The notes under the pieces are model-generated. The model did no database searches. It was not told the origin of the DNA and was given only the letters and a program-made list of their open reading frames with translations. Positions 12,633-26,640 of a stretch of DNA of 64,000 nucleotides are shown here, piece by piece. The number at the start of each line of letters is the position of its first letter. The stretch's first letter is position 1. The position numbers and the translations under genes were made by a program. This DNA is from Paraspadella gotoi (lineage: Eukaryota; Animalia; Chaetognatha): positions 3,221,344 to 3,285,343 of the forward strand of contig CM119267.1 of NCBI GenBank assembly GCA_051294375.1, in the 5' to 3' direction.

Positions 12633-14660
12633 TTTAAATCTTTTTTCTCCTCATTTTATATTGTTTCAAGTTTCATGATTATTAAATGTTAAACGTAAAA
12701 TTTCAAAGTTTTCCTCAAATCGTTTGATTCTTTAAGACAAAAAAACCCGTAAAAACCAACAACTTATTTACCTTTTTAATTTATTTGCATGACTTAAAAA
12801 ATATTCGTTTCTGGACACGAAGCTTACTTTAAATTCGCATGTCTCCAGGTTTTTCTTGATGGATTAACTTCTTTTTTTTTAAAGTTTTAGATGAAATTTG
12901 AATGAGTCACCGACGCTCGATTATTTCCTTCGCAAATCCTATTAAATTTTTTCAAGTATTTTTTCTTTTTTTTCTTTTCTTTTTTTATGGCTTAGAATCC
13001 ACGATTTTTAAAATTTTTTTTTGAAAAGTATTTTGGAAATTCATTGGAATCGAAATGTACATAATTTCTTCGTTTCTTTCTCTTTTCTTTCTTTCTCCTC
13101 TTCTCTTCTTTCTTTTCTTTCTTTCTTCTCTTTCTTTCTTTCTTTTCTTCTTTTCTTTCTAATCTTCTCTTTTTCTTTCTCTCTTTATTTTTTTAATTCT
13201 CTCTCTTCTTTCCTCTTTTTATTCTTTATTTTTTCTATCATTCTTTCTCTCGTTATTTTTCTGGTTTCACAAAGTGTGTGGGAAACGACCTGGAGGCTGG
13301 ATCGGTGGAACAACAACAACAACAACAACAATAAAAACAACCTAAAAGACGACGACGACGACGACGACTGACACCGAGAAGGAAATCCAGAATATAAAAC
13401 GAAAGCAACAACAAAAAAAGAGAAAGTTCTGAGTGGAACGGTAATTTTCGATCACACTTTTGCATTCGAAGGACGACACCGCGACAAAGAATATTCTTCT
13501 CGCCATTCACCAATTCATTAAAAAATGAGTTTAGACTGTTTTTTCTCTCCTCATATACGTCTAACGTGATAAGTTCAGATATTAATTAAAAGACGTGCAG
13601 TATAACAACTTTATTTCTTATCTCTTATGTCGTATTATTGATTAATTTCCGCATCAAGCGATTTTTTTTCCCTCATCATATCGAGTTTTCCTTTATTAAT
13701 AATGCGCGTCTTTATCTTTTTTCTTCTTTTTTTTTTTTTTCTTTTTCCTTTTTTTTCTCTAAGAAGAAATCAATACGCGTGACGAAACCAAACAAAGAAA
13801 AGGAATAAGAAAGAAAGAAAGAAGAAGAAAGAAAGAAAGAACGACAGACAGACAGACCTCTCTTTGCCTTTTTTTGTCTTAAGATTCCAGTTTTCATACG
13901 AAACCTTTTCAAAAATTTCCTCAATTGTTTTCTTTTCGCTATTAAAGGTTGATAACATGTTTAATGTTAATCCTATATTTATTTTTATTTTAATCATCTT
14001 AATAAATAACCCTCTAAATAACTGCACAATACTAACAAACAGTGACTACACACACAAGTTAATTTTTAAAAAATTAAATCATCGGACAGAAGAAAAAAAA
14101 TTTTTTTTTTAATATCTCTCACTCTCTCTCAGTTCGTCTCGTTTCTCGTTTCCTGTTCTTTTGTTTGTTCCGATCTGAAAGCGAAACAGAAGAGCCCCCC
14201 CCCCCGACCCCCCCCCCCGCCCCCCCCCCCCCCCCCCCCCATCGACGCCCAGGAAATTCTGACTCGATGCTCTTTTTGTTTCGACTGACGACGAGACTCG
14301 ATATTAGTCGGTCGGTTCTAGTCTTCAACTGTCTGTTTATTCGTGAACATGTAACCGTTTTTTATATTATACAAAAACTTAAATTACGGTTGTTGTAAGA
14401 GATAAACTATTCTAATTGAATTTGAATTTGTAGGTACTCTTTACTAAATAATCTTTCTTTTTTTTATCTTTAACTTAAGTATCTTTTTTTTAATTCTCTT
14501 TTTAATTTTTTTTTTTTTAACCGCGATAAAGTTTCGCGGCTTTTCGCCTTTTTCAAGTTTTTTCGCCTTTGAAAAGTCGGCATCACCTTTCATACTTCTT
14601 TTTTTTCTTTCTTTGGGGGAAGAGAGAGGACGAGAGAGATGATGAAGAGAGAGAGAGGAG

Positions 14661-14699
<39 letters not shown>

Positions 14700-15261
14700 G
14701 AGCGAAGGGAAAAATGAGACTTTTTTTAGTTTTGGGCCGTGAAAGGTCTTTTCTATTTCTATCTTCTATTTCTATTGACAATTAAAAAGGGAAGGGAAAA
14801 AAATGCGTTGTTAGACGAAATAAAAAATGAAACGTTTATTTTGTTAATATTTTCTGCCCAACAAACACTAATTTTACTCCATATATTTCCTATCTTTACG
14901 TATTTTTCAATTTAAATCACTAATGTTGAATATCAATGAATTTTTTTTTAAATAATTAAAAGAGACAAAGAAAAAAAAAAAACTAATAGCTTTGGCACCA
15001 AAAAAAAATTCTTTTCAGGAAAAAAAATGGAATCCCATTACAATGAAAATCTGTTAACAGAATGAATTTAAAGATTCAAACTTCTTTTCATCTTCCGCCA
15101 ACACGACGACAACGGACGACGATGAGAACGACGACGGACGACGATGATGGACGAAGGACGACGACGACAAAGAGGATGATCGGAAGCAAAAAAAAAATCC
15201 GTTGCTACCAAAGAAAAGCGAAGGAGAAACAGATGTTCACGTCGATCGTGAGATGCGAATT

Positions 15262-15294
<33 letters not shown>

Positions 15295-16087
15295 TATGAT
15301 ATGATGATGAAGATGATTGATGACAACGGGTCAGGGTCAGGCGAGGACGGAAGGGCGTGTGAGGGGTCTTGAGGTGCTGGGGCTGTAGATGCTGGTGGCT
15401 GAGGAGACCTGACTCGACGGAGTTGGTCAAGACGAAAATCTTTTCCAAGATGGCAACTTTTTGTTCGACTGGCAGCAGTTTGAAGCATATAAATATAATT
15501 AAACATATACAAATATACAATATAATACAAACATTGGGGTCTTTCTCTCAGTGTTGATCGATGCTGTTCAGGTCCATAGCATCGGGACTTCTTCGACGCA
15601 AACGGGGTCAAAAATATGACGATCTCAGTTAGATTGAAAATGGTTATGAAAACCTTTCTATTTCTTATTTCAACAGAAATACGTCGGCTGCTGCTGGCCG
15701 CTGCTGACGCGCTGACGGCTGCTGGCGCTTGGCGCTGCGAGCCGCAGCCGGCTGCTGGCTGCTGCTGGCCGCTGCGCCGCTGACTTCCGCGGACGGACGA
15801 GTATCGTCACTGGGGATTCGTTGGTCGGTTTCAATTCCCCTGTGACAATCGCCATGACGACCGTTTCCGACAATCGCTTTGATAAAGGCTTTGATAATCT
15901 CTCTGATAATCGCTTTAACATTCGCCACTGACTATCGCTTTACTATCGCTTAGACTATCGGGCACTGACTTTCGCCGAAAGACCTCTGACTCTTCCGTCC
16001 GGAAAATCGAATCTCATTGAAATCTCGCGTCTACCAGAGATATCGTGAGATTCGATTCCCTGTCGGTCGGTCGGAGATAAATATCGA

Positions 16088-16290
16088 TCGGGCAAATCTA
16101 ATTCGACCGGACAAATCCGTTTGCTTTGGGCAAATCTAAATTGACCGAACTAAATCCGTTTGACTCGGAAAATCTAAATCTGAACGGACTAAATCCGTTT
16201 TGCTTTGGGCAAATCTAAATCTACCGAACTAAATCCGTTTTTGACTCGGGCAAATCTAAATCTGACCGGACTAAATCCGTTTTGAACCGA
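16088..16290 (+). repeat. 41-42-bp tandem repeat, ~5 units (duplicate ~26020-26230)
   Basis: gggcaaatctaaatctgaccggactaaatccgtttt followed by alternating gactc / gcttt. Confidence 0.9.
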
Positions 16291-17734
16291 CTCGGACCAA
16301 GTCTTGCTCGACTCTCCTCACTCAATCTCACAAGTGAACAACTCGCTCGTGAAAAAATTGTTTTGTCCAGATTCGAACTTTCGATCTTTTTGATTCGTAC
16401 CGAATATGAATCTTGTGTTGTCGTTGTTGTCATTTGGTTCACTGTACACATGTGTACAGTCGATGGAATTCGTGAACTGAAAGATTTATTTTTTGAAAAA
16501 TCCCACGCGTCAAGACATAACTAGCGCCATTTTTTTCCAACTTGAAATCATTTTTTTAAAAAGATCGTTGAATTCATTAATCTTCGCTGTAAAATAATAA
16601 ATATTCTTTGCCTTTCTTTTTATTTGCCAGTAACTCTTTAAGTTCGAAACTTTTTTCAAAATCTTTTATCCGAATTTTTAAATACAAGCGTAACGAAAGT
16701 TGAGGAACCTGTGTTCAACCCTGAGTTATCCACGGCTAACGGACCGCAACGTCATCCGACCACAAGAGCGATTCGAGTCACGTGACCCATTTCTCAATGG
16801 GCAGCGGCGAAAAAACGAGGGTCACGTGACGGTCCGATGCAAAGGCGGCCAGGCGGCCTTCTCCCTCGAACGAGTGTGGTTCATAAAGGTCACGTGGTCG
16901 GAAGGTCACGCCGGTCACGTGATCCAAGTCAATCTCACGTCGATCCCGTCGGATGAATTTTCGTCGCGAGCCGTAAACTACGACGACAATGAAGATGACG
17001 ATGACGATGACGATGACGACGATGACGACGATGACGATTTTTCCCGCCATCTTGGCGAAATCGACGAAAGCTGACCGGAAACGAAGAAGGGATGTTCGAC
17101 GCGACGACGACGACGACGACGACACGACGACGACGACGACGACGCGACCGACCAAAACCATGGATCCATAGGGATTCGCTGTAATGAAATACGAGACTGA
17201 GGTGATTACCTACAGTGGAGTCCGTTTTGAAACGCGTTCTTCGATCGTAAAGAGTTAAAAGTCGCTCTCTGTGAATCGCGATTAGGATTAAGATGAAGAG
17301 AAGTGACAACAACGACAACAACGACACGACATGTCGAGAACCAGTGAGAAAGATCCGCCCGTCGACGACGACGACGGACGACAACGACGACGACATGTGA
17401 CGACGACGGACGACCGTGACGAAATCGACCTTAATGGAAAAATCGCTTATTAATTAATTCCTTCTCGGGGATTTTGAAATCCTCTTTTTCTCTTCTCTCT
17501 CTTTTTTCTTTTTCTTTTTTTTTTTTTTCTTTTCTTTTTGTCTCAAACGTTAATCCGATTTTGAAGTTTCTTCTTCTTCTCTTTCCGCTTCTTTCTTTTC
17601 TTTTCTTTTCTTTTTCTTTTCTTTTCTTTTCCTATCTTTACATTTCCTTTACTCTCATTATATTTTTTTTTAATATTTTTATTTTTCCCAATTTTCTTCT
17701 CCGTTTCGTTGGCAGGAAAATGGGAAGAACTAGT

Positions 17735-17823
<89 letters not shown>

Positions 17824-17907
17824 GAGAGGAGAGAGAGAAAACAACAAAAACAAATGGGATTTAACGGTATGAAAAAAAATGGCAACGAAAGGGTGGTCTG
17901 AAGAGAG

Positions 17908-17986
<79 letters not shown>

Positions 17987-18049
17987 CTTGGCAGATTCTC
18001 TTGAAGGGACTTTAAAGAAATCCCCACACCTACGAACGAGTTGGCACTT

Positions 18050-18205
18050 AGACGCCATCTTGGAATGTGTGATCCGCTTTTTCCGACTTCGCGCGATTTT
18101 TTCCCCCGATTTTATATCCGTTATTAATTAGGTTTTTACGCTTTTCGCTGTCGTAATTCTTTTTATTAGTTTTTATTTCGTGATATTTATTAAGCCAATA
18201 GCGCG
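18050..18205 (-). promoter_or_regulatory. Candidate core promoter (duplicate ~27995-28152)
   Basis: YY1-like CAAGATGGCG overlapping the ATG, TTCGCGCG, and a CCAAT box (agccaatag ~18193). Confidence 0.35.
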
Positions 18206-18411
18206 CTATCTTGAACTTAAGTTTCCTCTACTTTGATATGAGATTCTAATATATTTTAGCTTCATAAATTTCTTGCACAGCGACTTTATTTCGAACCCAG
18301 TGGCTCACGACAGAATTGTGTTATTTATTGATTTTTTCCGGAATAAATCCTTAAGAATAAATCCTTAAGAATAAATCCTTAAGAAACGCACTTCTCTTCG
18401 CCATAATTTTC

Positions 18412-18656
18412 GTGGCAAGTCGCAAGTGGTAAGTTTAAGTGGTAAGGGTCGAGTGGTTACTATAAGTGGCAATCGGTAAGTCTCCGAGTGGTAAGTGTCC
18501 ACTGGTAAGTGTCAAGTGGTAAATGTCAACTGGTAAGCGTGGAGTGGTAGGGTCAAGTGGTAAGTCCAAGTGGTATGTGTCAACCGTAAGTGTCGGTGGT
18601 AAGTGTGAATGTAGTGTCGAGTGGTAAATATTAAGTGGCAATTGACAAGTGTCAAG
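18412..18656 (+). repeat. ~14-bp degenerate minisatellite (AGTGGTAAGTGTCA) (duplicate ~28358-28610)
   Basis: Regular GGTAAG periodicity; preceded by (GAATAAATCCTTAA)x3 at ~18341-18382. Confidence 0.85.
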
Positions 18657-18744
18657 ACTCAACCGAATTCGATTTTTCCTCCCAGAGTTAATTCCAGTAA
18701 TGTGACTCCTTGAGCTCCTTTCCTGCTAGAGTTAATTTACTTTT

Positions 18745-18999
18745 TTAAGCAACTAAATTCCATCTCTCGTTGACTTTTGATTTTATCCTTTGCTTTTTTT
18801 CGTTTGCTTTTTCTTCTGCATTTTTTATTAGCTCTCTTTCGTCGACGACGTTAATGAAAGGGATTTCGTGCGAAGGACTCATTATGGTCCGTGACTTGAA
18901 ATTGCACGGAGGTCGCAATGGCTGAATGCCTTGGAACCGGGATAGAGGAATCAGTTGTAGTGATTTTAATCCCGTGGAATCCGCTGTGGTGAATGTCAT
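18745..18999 (-). CDS. Putative exon/ORF MTFTTADSTGLKSLQLIPLSRFQGIQPLRPPCNFK... (duplicate 28738-28956)
   Basis: Complex sequence nearly identical in both copies; two minus frames are open (alternative EVEYDIHHSGFHGIK...NPFH*); ttttatag acceptor just upstream. Frame unresolved. Confidence 0.35.
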   Translation of the reverse strand: MTFTTADSTGLKSLQLIPLSRFQGIQPLRPPCNFKSRTIMSPSHEIPFINVVDERELIKNAEEKANEKKQRIKSKVNERWNLVA

Positions 19000-19053
19000 A
19001 CTCAACTTCCCTATAAAATCTGAAGACTGATTCGTGGGGGGGGTCTTTAAAGC

Positions 19054-19067
19054 GTAACCATGACAAC
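19054..19067. promoter_or_regulatory. RFX X-box match GTAACCATGACAAC (duplicate 29011-29024)
   Basis: Fits consensus GTHNYYATRRNAAC exactly. Confidence 0.45.
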
Positions 19068-19147
19068 GAAAAAGCTTCTAGGCCGAATCGATTTGAAAGT
19101 CAATGACGACGAAAGAAAAGAAGAATAAGAATTTGGTCTCTTTTTTT

Positions 19148-20266
19148 TGGTCCAAAAATAATCGAGTTGGTTCCAAGTTGACTTTCGGCATTGTCAAGTC
19201 GAGTCAGGGCAATGGTCAGAGCGAACAGGGCTGGTCAGAGGACAGGGCAGTGATCAGGGTTATATCTTTCTGTGCCGCATTGTGTTTCGACATATTCGAG
19301 CCAAGAATTTAACTTCATTTTCCGCATTAAATACTAACTGCTTATTTAACTGCTTATTTAAGCAGTGCTAAATATATTGATTAAAGCAAATGAGCAATAA
19401 GCATTAAGCATCATAGAAGACCGTTGAATATTGGGAATATTGCATGACGTCACAAGTTCATATCTTTTCTCCATTTTTAGTAATAAAATTATACAATAGT
19501 TTAGTTGACAGGAATTAAGCTCAATTTTTAGTATCCTTGATACAAATCGTATTACAATTGCAGCCCATATTTCAACACCCCAGGTCTCGTCGACACCCAG
19601 TTCCCTGAGTCTCGACACACCCTGTTTCGACACTCCAAGTCTGAACGACACCCCGAGTCTCGAATGCATCACGAAAGAAATAAATTTAAAACAAAAACAG
19701 AAAAAATGGTCCAAAATAAATCGAGTTGGTTTCCAAGTTGACTTTCGGCATTGTCAAGTCGAGTCAGGGCAAGTGGTCAGAGCGAACAGGGCTGGTCAGA
19801 GGACAGGGCAGTGATCAGGGTTATATCTTTCTGTGCCGCATTGTGTTTCGACATATTCGAGCCAAGAATTTAACTTCATTTTCCGCATTAAATACTAACT
19901 GCTTATTTAACTGCTTATTTAAGCAGTGCTTAAATATTTGATTAAAGCAAATGAGCAATAAGCATTAAGCATCATAGGAAGACCGTTGAATATTGGGAAT
20001 ATTGCATGACGTCACAAGTTCATATCTTTCTCCATTTTTAGTAATAAAATTATACAATAGTTTAGTTGACAGGAATTAAGCTCAATTTTTAGTATCCTTG
20101 ATACAAAATCGTATTACAATTGCAGCCCATATTTCAACACCCCAGGTCTCGTCGACACCCAGTTCCTGAGTCTCGACACACCCTGTTTCGACACTCCAAG
20201 TCTGAACGACACCCGAGTCTCGAATGCATCACGAAAGAAATAAATTTAGAACAAAAACAGAAAAAA
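19148..20266 (+). repeat. Nested tandem duplication of ~560 bp (19148-19706, 19707-20266)
   Basis: Two near-identical units; single copy in unit B (~29105-29685). Confidence 0.92.
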
Positions 20267-20659
20267 AAGAAAGAAAAAGAAAAAGAAAATGAATGAGACA
20301 CGAAAGTCGAAAAAAAAGGAAAAATATTATTTTTTTTTCTTCCTTGAGATACGAGTTAGGGAGAGGAAGACGACGACTCTTCCTCTTTTCTTTCCTGACT
20401 CCGATTTTACGCGTTTCAAGTCAGAGTCGATGTTCGAGTTTATATTTAGAATCTGTACGTCTCTCTGTCCGTTCGTCTGGTTAAAATAAGTGTTTATATT
20501 CACTCTAATCGTAAATATGTATGATTTTTAGTTTAGATTATTGATTTTAAAACGCCGATCGAATTAGTATACGTTAAGAATTTAAAATAATTTCAAAAAT
20601 ATCTATTACACAACTGATTGGGATAAATTTTGCGTTATGGAACTTCTCTCTCTCTCTTC

Positions 20660-20717
<58 letters not shown>

Positions 20718-20847
20718 TTCACTGATGTTTTTCCCTCCTCTCAACATATTAAAGCTCCCTTCACAATAAACCTTTTTTCTTCGCCTTTCAACGTTTTTTT
20801 TCTTTTCACTCGTTTTTGGCAAAACCACGGAATATATGTCCACTTTC

Positions 20848-20927
<80 letters not shown>

Positions 20928-21051
20928 TTCTTATTTGTGATTTTTAGTTAAAATATAAATCCCCACAAAAAATCAAGATTCTTCCGTCTTTTTCTCTCAC
21001 GACTAAGAAAGAAAGAAAGAATAAGAAAGAAGAGAGAGAGAGAGAGAGGAG

Positions 21052-21093
<42 letters not shown>

Positions 21094-21576
21094 AGAGAGA
21101 AGAGAGAGAAAGAGAAAGAAAGAGAGGAGAGAGAGATAGAGAGAGTATTGTAACTCGATAAAAGGCAGAGTGGGAATCGATTCGAAACACGGAAAGAATT
21201 CATAAAATTTTGTTTCTTCCTTAAAGTTGCTCAGTTGTTGAGCTGTGGGAAATTTGTGCTTTGCTTCCAGGTTAGGTGTTCGATTTGATGCTAACCGTTT
21301 CTTCTGTCGCACAAATGCTGGAGCTTATATTGCATCGCGGCGTTAAATTTACTTTTGTTTCAATATTAAACCTGCTATTGAATTCTCTTTAGCTTTACTT
21401 TTAATTAGATTTCCAAAGATCGGTGCTCATTTGTTTTTTCTATTTTATGATCCGTTTCATTTTCGTCTCAAGTCCAGAGGTGTCGCCACGGAAAAATCGT
21501 CACGCGACCGCGAAAAACGTAACTTTTTTTTATTTTCGCGGGTTTATTTTCCCACCTTTACGGAGAAAAGAAGAAA

Positions 21577-21614
<38 letters not shown>

Positions 21615-22029
21615 ACCTAATTGTCCAGGGAAGGAACTCGAAACAAAAAAAGTATCGACAAAAAAAAATCTCTATCATTTAAAAAAAATTTAATGACAGA
21701 AAAAATAGATTTTTGCTTCCGATTCATAAAGTTTTAAGTTTTAATACTAAAAGATCATCACATTTTGATAAATGATCGTCATTTTCAAAAGTTCAAAATT
21801 TCCTACAATCCCCTTTTTCTATTTTTCTTTTTTTTTTAAAGATTTCATTTTTTATATTTTTTTAAATTTTTTCGTGACGGAATTTGTTTCTCTTTAAATT
21901 TTTTTTTTTTCATTTTTTCAAATCTTTTTTTAAAAAATCGGTTTCGACTTAAAAAGCGAGAAATCGTCGCCTTTTGTTCGACGAATTTCGCGCTTCCCTT
22001 TTGTTTCTTCTTCTTCTTTTTTAAAATCG

Positions 22030-22336
22030 GTTTTTAGTTGCGCCGCGAGTACTCGCAGAGCAACTCTTCGGTCGGTCTGTCGGTCGGTCGGTCCATCTGT
22101 CGGTCAGTTCGTGGGTATGTCTGTCCTTCGGTCTATCCCACATACGTTAAAAATGCATATAATTTGCCTATAATTGGTTGCTCATTTATTTAGACAGAAA
22201 AAAAATCCAAAATCTAAGAGACTGCTAACGCCGCCTTCAGGGATTAATAAATTCATAAGGAATAAAAAAACCTAATGTGATCAAAGGTGAAAATAAAGTC
22301 ACTGCGGCGCAACACATTTGAATCACCGTTCTTGTT
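22030..22336 (+). mobile_element. HINE family B, copy in the second unit of the 9.8-kb duplication
   Basis: Same flanks as 12358-12632, with a longer microsatellite tract. Confidence 0.7.
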
Positions 22337-22813
22337 TTTTAAATCTTTTTTTCTCCTCATTTTATCATTTGTTTCAAGTTTCATTGATTAAAATGTTAAA
22401 CGTAAAATTTCAAAGTTTTCCTCAAATCCGTTTTGATTCTTAAGACAAAAAAAACCCGTAAAAACCAACAAACTTATTTACTTTTTAATTTAATTTGCAT
22501 GACTTAAAACAATATTCGTTTTCTGGACACGAAGCTTACTTTAAATTCGCATGTCTCCAGGTTTTTCTTGATGGATTAACTTCTTTTTTTTTAAGTTTTA
22601 GATGAAATTTGAATGAGTGACCGACGCTCGATTATTTCCTTCGCAAATCCTATTAAATCTTTTCAAGTATTTTCTTCTTTTTTTTCTTTTCTTTTTTTAT
22701 TGGCTTAGAATCCACGAATTTTCTAAATTTTCTTTTGAAAAAGTCATTTTGAAATTCATTGGAATCGAAATGTACATAATTTCTTCGTTTCTTTCTCTTT
22801 TCTTTCTTTCTCC

Positions 22814-22868
<55 letters not shown>

Positions 22869-23503
22869 ATCTTTCTTTCTTTCTTTCTCTCTTTATTTTT
22901 TTAATTCTCTCTTTCTTTCTCTCTTTTTATCTTTTTTTCTATCATTCTTTCTCTCGTTCATTATTTCTGTTTCACAAAGTGTGGGAAACGACCTGGAGGC
23001 TGGATCGTGGAACAACAACAACAACAACAACAATAAAAACAAACCTAAAAGACGACGACGACGACGACGACGACACCAGAAAGGAAATCCAGAAATATAA
23101 AACGAAAGCAACAACAAAAAAGAGAAAGTTCTGAGTGGAACGGTAATTTTCGATCACACTTTTGCCATTCGAAGGACGACACCGCGACAAAGAATATTCT
23201 TTCTGCCATTCACCAACTCATAAAAAATGGTTTAGACTGTTTTTTCTCTCCTCATTATCCCGTCAACGTGAGTAAGTTCAGATATAATTAAAAGACGTGC
23301 GTATAACAACTTTATTTCTTATCTCTTATGTCGTATTATTGATTATTTTCTCGATCAGCGATTTTTTTTCCCTCATCATATCGAGATTTTCCTTTTAATT
23401 AAATGCGTCTTTATCTTTTTTCTTCTTTTTTTTTCTTTTTTTCCTTTTTTTTTCTCTAAAGAAGAAAATCAATACGCGTGACGAACAACAAAAGAAAAGG
23501 AAT

Positions 23504-23547
<44 letters not shown>

Positions 23548-25204
23548 CAGACAGACAGACCCTCTTTTGCCTTTTTTTGTCTTAAGATTCCAGTTCATAC
23601 GAAACCTTCAAAAATTTCCTCAATTGTTTCTTTTCGCTATTAAGGTGATAAATGTTTAATGTTAATCCTATATTTATTTTTATTTTAATCATCTTTAATA
23701 AATAACCCTCTAAATAACTGCACAATACTAACAAACAGTGACTAACACACACAAGTTAATTTTAAAAAATTAAATCATCGGACAGAAGAAAAAAATTTTT
23801 TTTTAATATCTCTCACTCTCTCTCAGTTCGTCTCGTTCTCGTTTCCTGTTCTTTTGTTTGTTCCGATCGAAAGCGAAACAGAAGAGCATCGACGCCCAGG
23901 AAATTCTGACTCGATGCTCTTTTGTTTCGACTGACGACGAGACTCGATATTAGTCGGTCGGTTCTAGTCTTCAACTGTCTGTTTATTCGTGAACATGTAA
24001 CCGTTTTTTCATATTATAACAAAAACTAAATTACGGTTGTTGTAAGAGATANNNNNNNNNNNNNNNNNNNNNNNNNNNNNNNNNNNNNNNNNNNNNNNNN
24101 NNNNNNNNNNNNNNNNNNNNNNNNNNNNNNNNNNNNNNNNNNNNNNNNNNNNNNNNNNNNNNNNNNNNNNNNNNNNNNNNNNNNNNNNNNNNNNNNNNNN
24201 NNNNNNNNNNNNNNNNNNNNNNNNNNNNNNNNNNNNNNNNNNNNNNNNNNNNNNNNNNNNNNNNNNNNNNNNNNNNNNNNNNNNNNNNNNNNNNNNNNNN
24301 NNNNNNNNNNNNNNNNNNNNNNNNNNNNNNNNNNTTTTTTTTTTTAACCGCGATAAAGTTTCGCGGTTTTCCGCCTTTTTCAAGTTTTTCGCCTTTGAAA
24401 AGTCGGCATCACCTTTNNNNNNNNNNNNNNNNNNNNNNNNNNNNNNNNNNNNNNNNNNNNNNNNNNNNNNNNNNNNNNNNNNNNNNNNNNNNNNNNNNNN
24501 NNNNNNNNNNNNNNNNNNNNNNNNNNNNNNNNNNNNNNNNNNNNNNNNNNNNNNNNNNNNNNNNNNNNNNNNNNNNNNNNNNNNNNNNNNNNNNNNNNNN
24601 NNNNNNNNNNNNNNNNNNNNNNNNNNNNNNNNNNNNNNNNNNNNNNNNNNNNAGAGAGAGAAACAATGAGACTTTTTTTAGTTTTGGGCCGTGAAAGGTC
24701 TTTTCTATTTCTATTTCTATTTCTATTGACAATTTAAAAAGGGAAGGGAAAAAATTGGTTTTAGACGAAATAAAAAATGAAACGTTTATTTTGTTATATT
24801 TTTCTGCCCAACAAACACTAATTTTACTCCATATATTTCCTATCTACGTATTTTCAAATTTAAATCACTAATGTTGAATATCAATGAATTTTTTTTTAAA
24901 TAATTAAAAGAAGACAAAGAAAAAAAAACTAATAGCTTTGGCACCAAAAAAAAAATTCTTTTCAGGAAAAAAAAATGGAATCCCATTACAAATGAAAATC
25001 TGTTAACAGATGAATTTAAAGATTCAAACTTCTTTTCATCTTCCGCCAACGACGACGACAACGACGACGATGAGAACGACGACGACGACGATGAGGACGA
25101 AGACGACGACGACAAAGAGGATGATCGGAAGCAAAAAAAAAATCCGTTGTACAAACGAAAGCGAAGGAGAAACAGATGTTCACGTCGATCGTGAAGATGC
25201 GATT

Positions 25205-25254
<50 letters not shown>

Positions 25255-25609
25255 GATGATGATGACAAGGGTCAGGGTCAGGGCGAGGACGGAAGGGCGT
25301 GTGAGGGGTCTTGAGGTGCTGGGGCTGTAGATGCTGGTGGCTGAGGAGACCTGACTCGACGGAGTTGGTCAAGACGAAATCTTTTCCAAGATGGCAAACT
25401 TTTTGTTCGACTGGCAGCAGTTTGAAGCTATAAATATAATAAAAATATACAAATATACAAATATAATACAAACATTGGGGTCTTTCTCTCAGTGTGATCG
25501 ATGGTTCAGGTCCATAGCATCGGGACTTCGACGCAAACGGGTCAAAAATATGACGATCTCAGTAGATTGAAAAGGTTATGAAAACCTTTCTTATTTCTTA
25601 TTTCAACAG

Positions 25610-26473
25610 AAATACGTCGGCTGCTGCTGGCCGCTGCTGAGCCGCTGACGGCTGCTGGCCGCTGCTGAGCCGCAGCCGGCTGCTGGCTGCTGCTGGCCGC
25701 TGCGCCGCTGACTTCCGCGACGGACGATATCGTTCACTGGGGATTCGTTGGTCGGTTTCAATTCCCCTGTGACAATCGCCATGACGACGTTTCCGACAAT
25801 CGCTTTGATAAAGGCTTTGATAATCTCTCTGATAATCGCTTTAACATTCGCACTGACTATCGCTTTGACTATCGCTTAGACTATCGCACTGACTTTCGCC
25901 GAAAGACCTTCTTGGCTTCTTCCGTCCGGAAATCGAATCTCATTGAAAATCTCTTGACGTCTACCAGAGATATCGTGAGATTCGATTCCTGGTCGGTCGG
26001 TCAGGGATTTAATATCATCGACTCGGGCAAATCTAAATCTGACCGGACTAAATCCGTTTTGCTTTGGGCAAATCTAAATCTGACCGAACTAAATCCGTTT
26101 TGACTCGGGAAAATCTAAATCTGAACGGACTAAATCCGTTTTGCTTTGGGCAAATCTAAATCTGACCGAACTAAATCCGTTTTGACTCGGGCAAATCTAA
26201 ATCTGACCGGACTAAATCCGTTTTGACCGACTCGGTACCAAGTCCTTTGCTTCGACTCTCCTCACTCAATCTTCACAAGGAACAACTTCGCTCGTGAAAA
26301 AATTGTTTGGTTCCAGATTCGAACTTTCGATCTTTTGATTCGTAACCGAATATGAATCTTGTTGTTGTCGTTGTTGTCATTTGGATGTACACTGTACACA
26401 TTGTACAGTCGATGGAATTCGTGAACTTGAAAGATTTATTTTTTGAAAAATCCCACGCGTCAAGACATAACTA
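25610..26473 (+). CDS. Putative terminal exon with D-N/Y-R tetrapeptide repeats and 14-aa GKSKSDRTKSVF(DS/AL) repeats (duplicate ~15677-16524)
   Basis: ttatttcaacag| acceptor; + frame open ~25700-26100 (DNRFDKGFDNLSDNRFNIRTDYRFDYRLDYRTDFRRK...), while the minus strand has stops in all three frames near 25840-25890 in both copies. Needs homopolymer corrections to stay in frame. Confidence 0.4.
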
Positions 26474-26640
26474 GCGCCATTTTTTTTCCAACTTGAAATC
26501 ATTTTTTAAAAAGATCGTTTGAATTCATAATCTTCGCTGTAAAATAATAAATATTCTTTGCTTTCTTTTTTTATTTGCCAGGACTCTTTAAGTTTTCGAA
26601 ACATTTTTTTTTTCAAAATCTTTTATCCGAATTTTTAAAA

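Noticed and set aside
18285-18312. tRNA/SINE B-box (minus strand GGTTCGAAAT)
   Set aside because: No A-box or cloverleaf visible.
25016-25560. Minus-strand exons (RHIFDPFASKSRCYGPEP... / KLLPVEQKVCHLGK...poly-His) with a 42-nt intron
   Set aside because: Plausible, but conflicts with an equally plausible + strand acidic exon (ttaacag| at ~25009); strand cannot be resolved.
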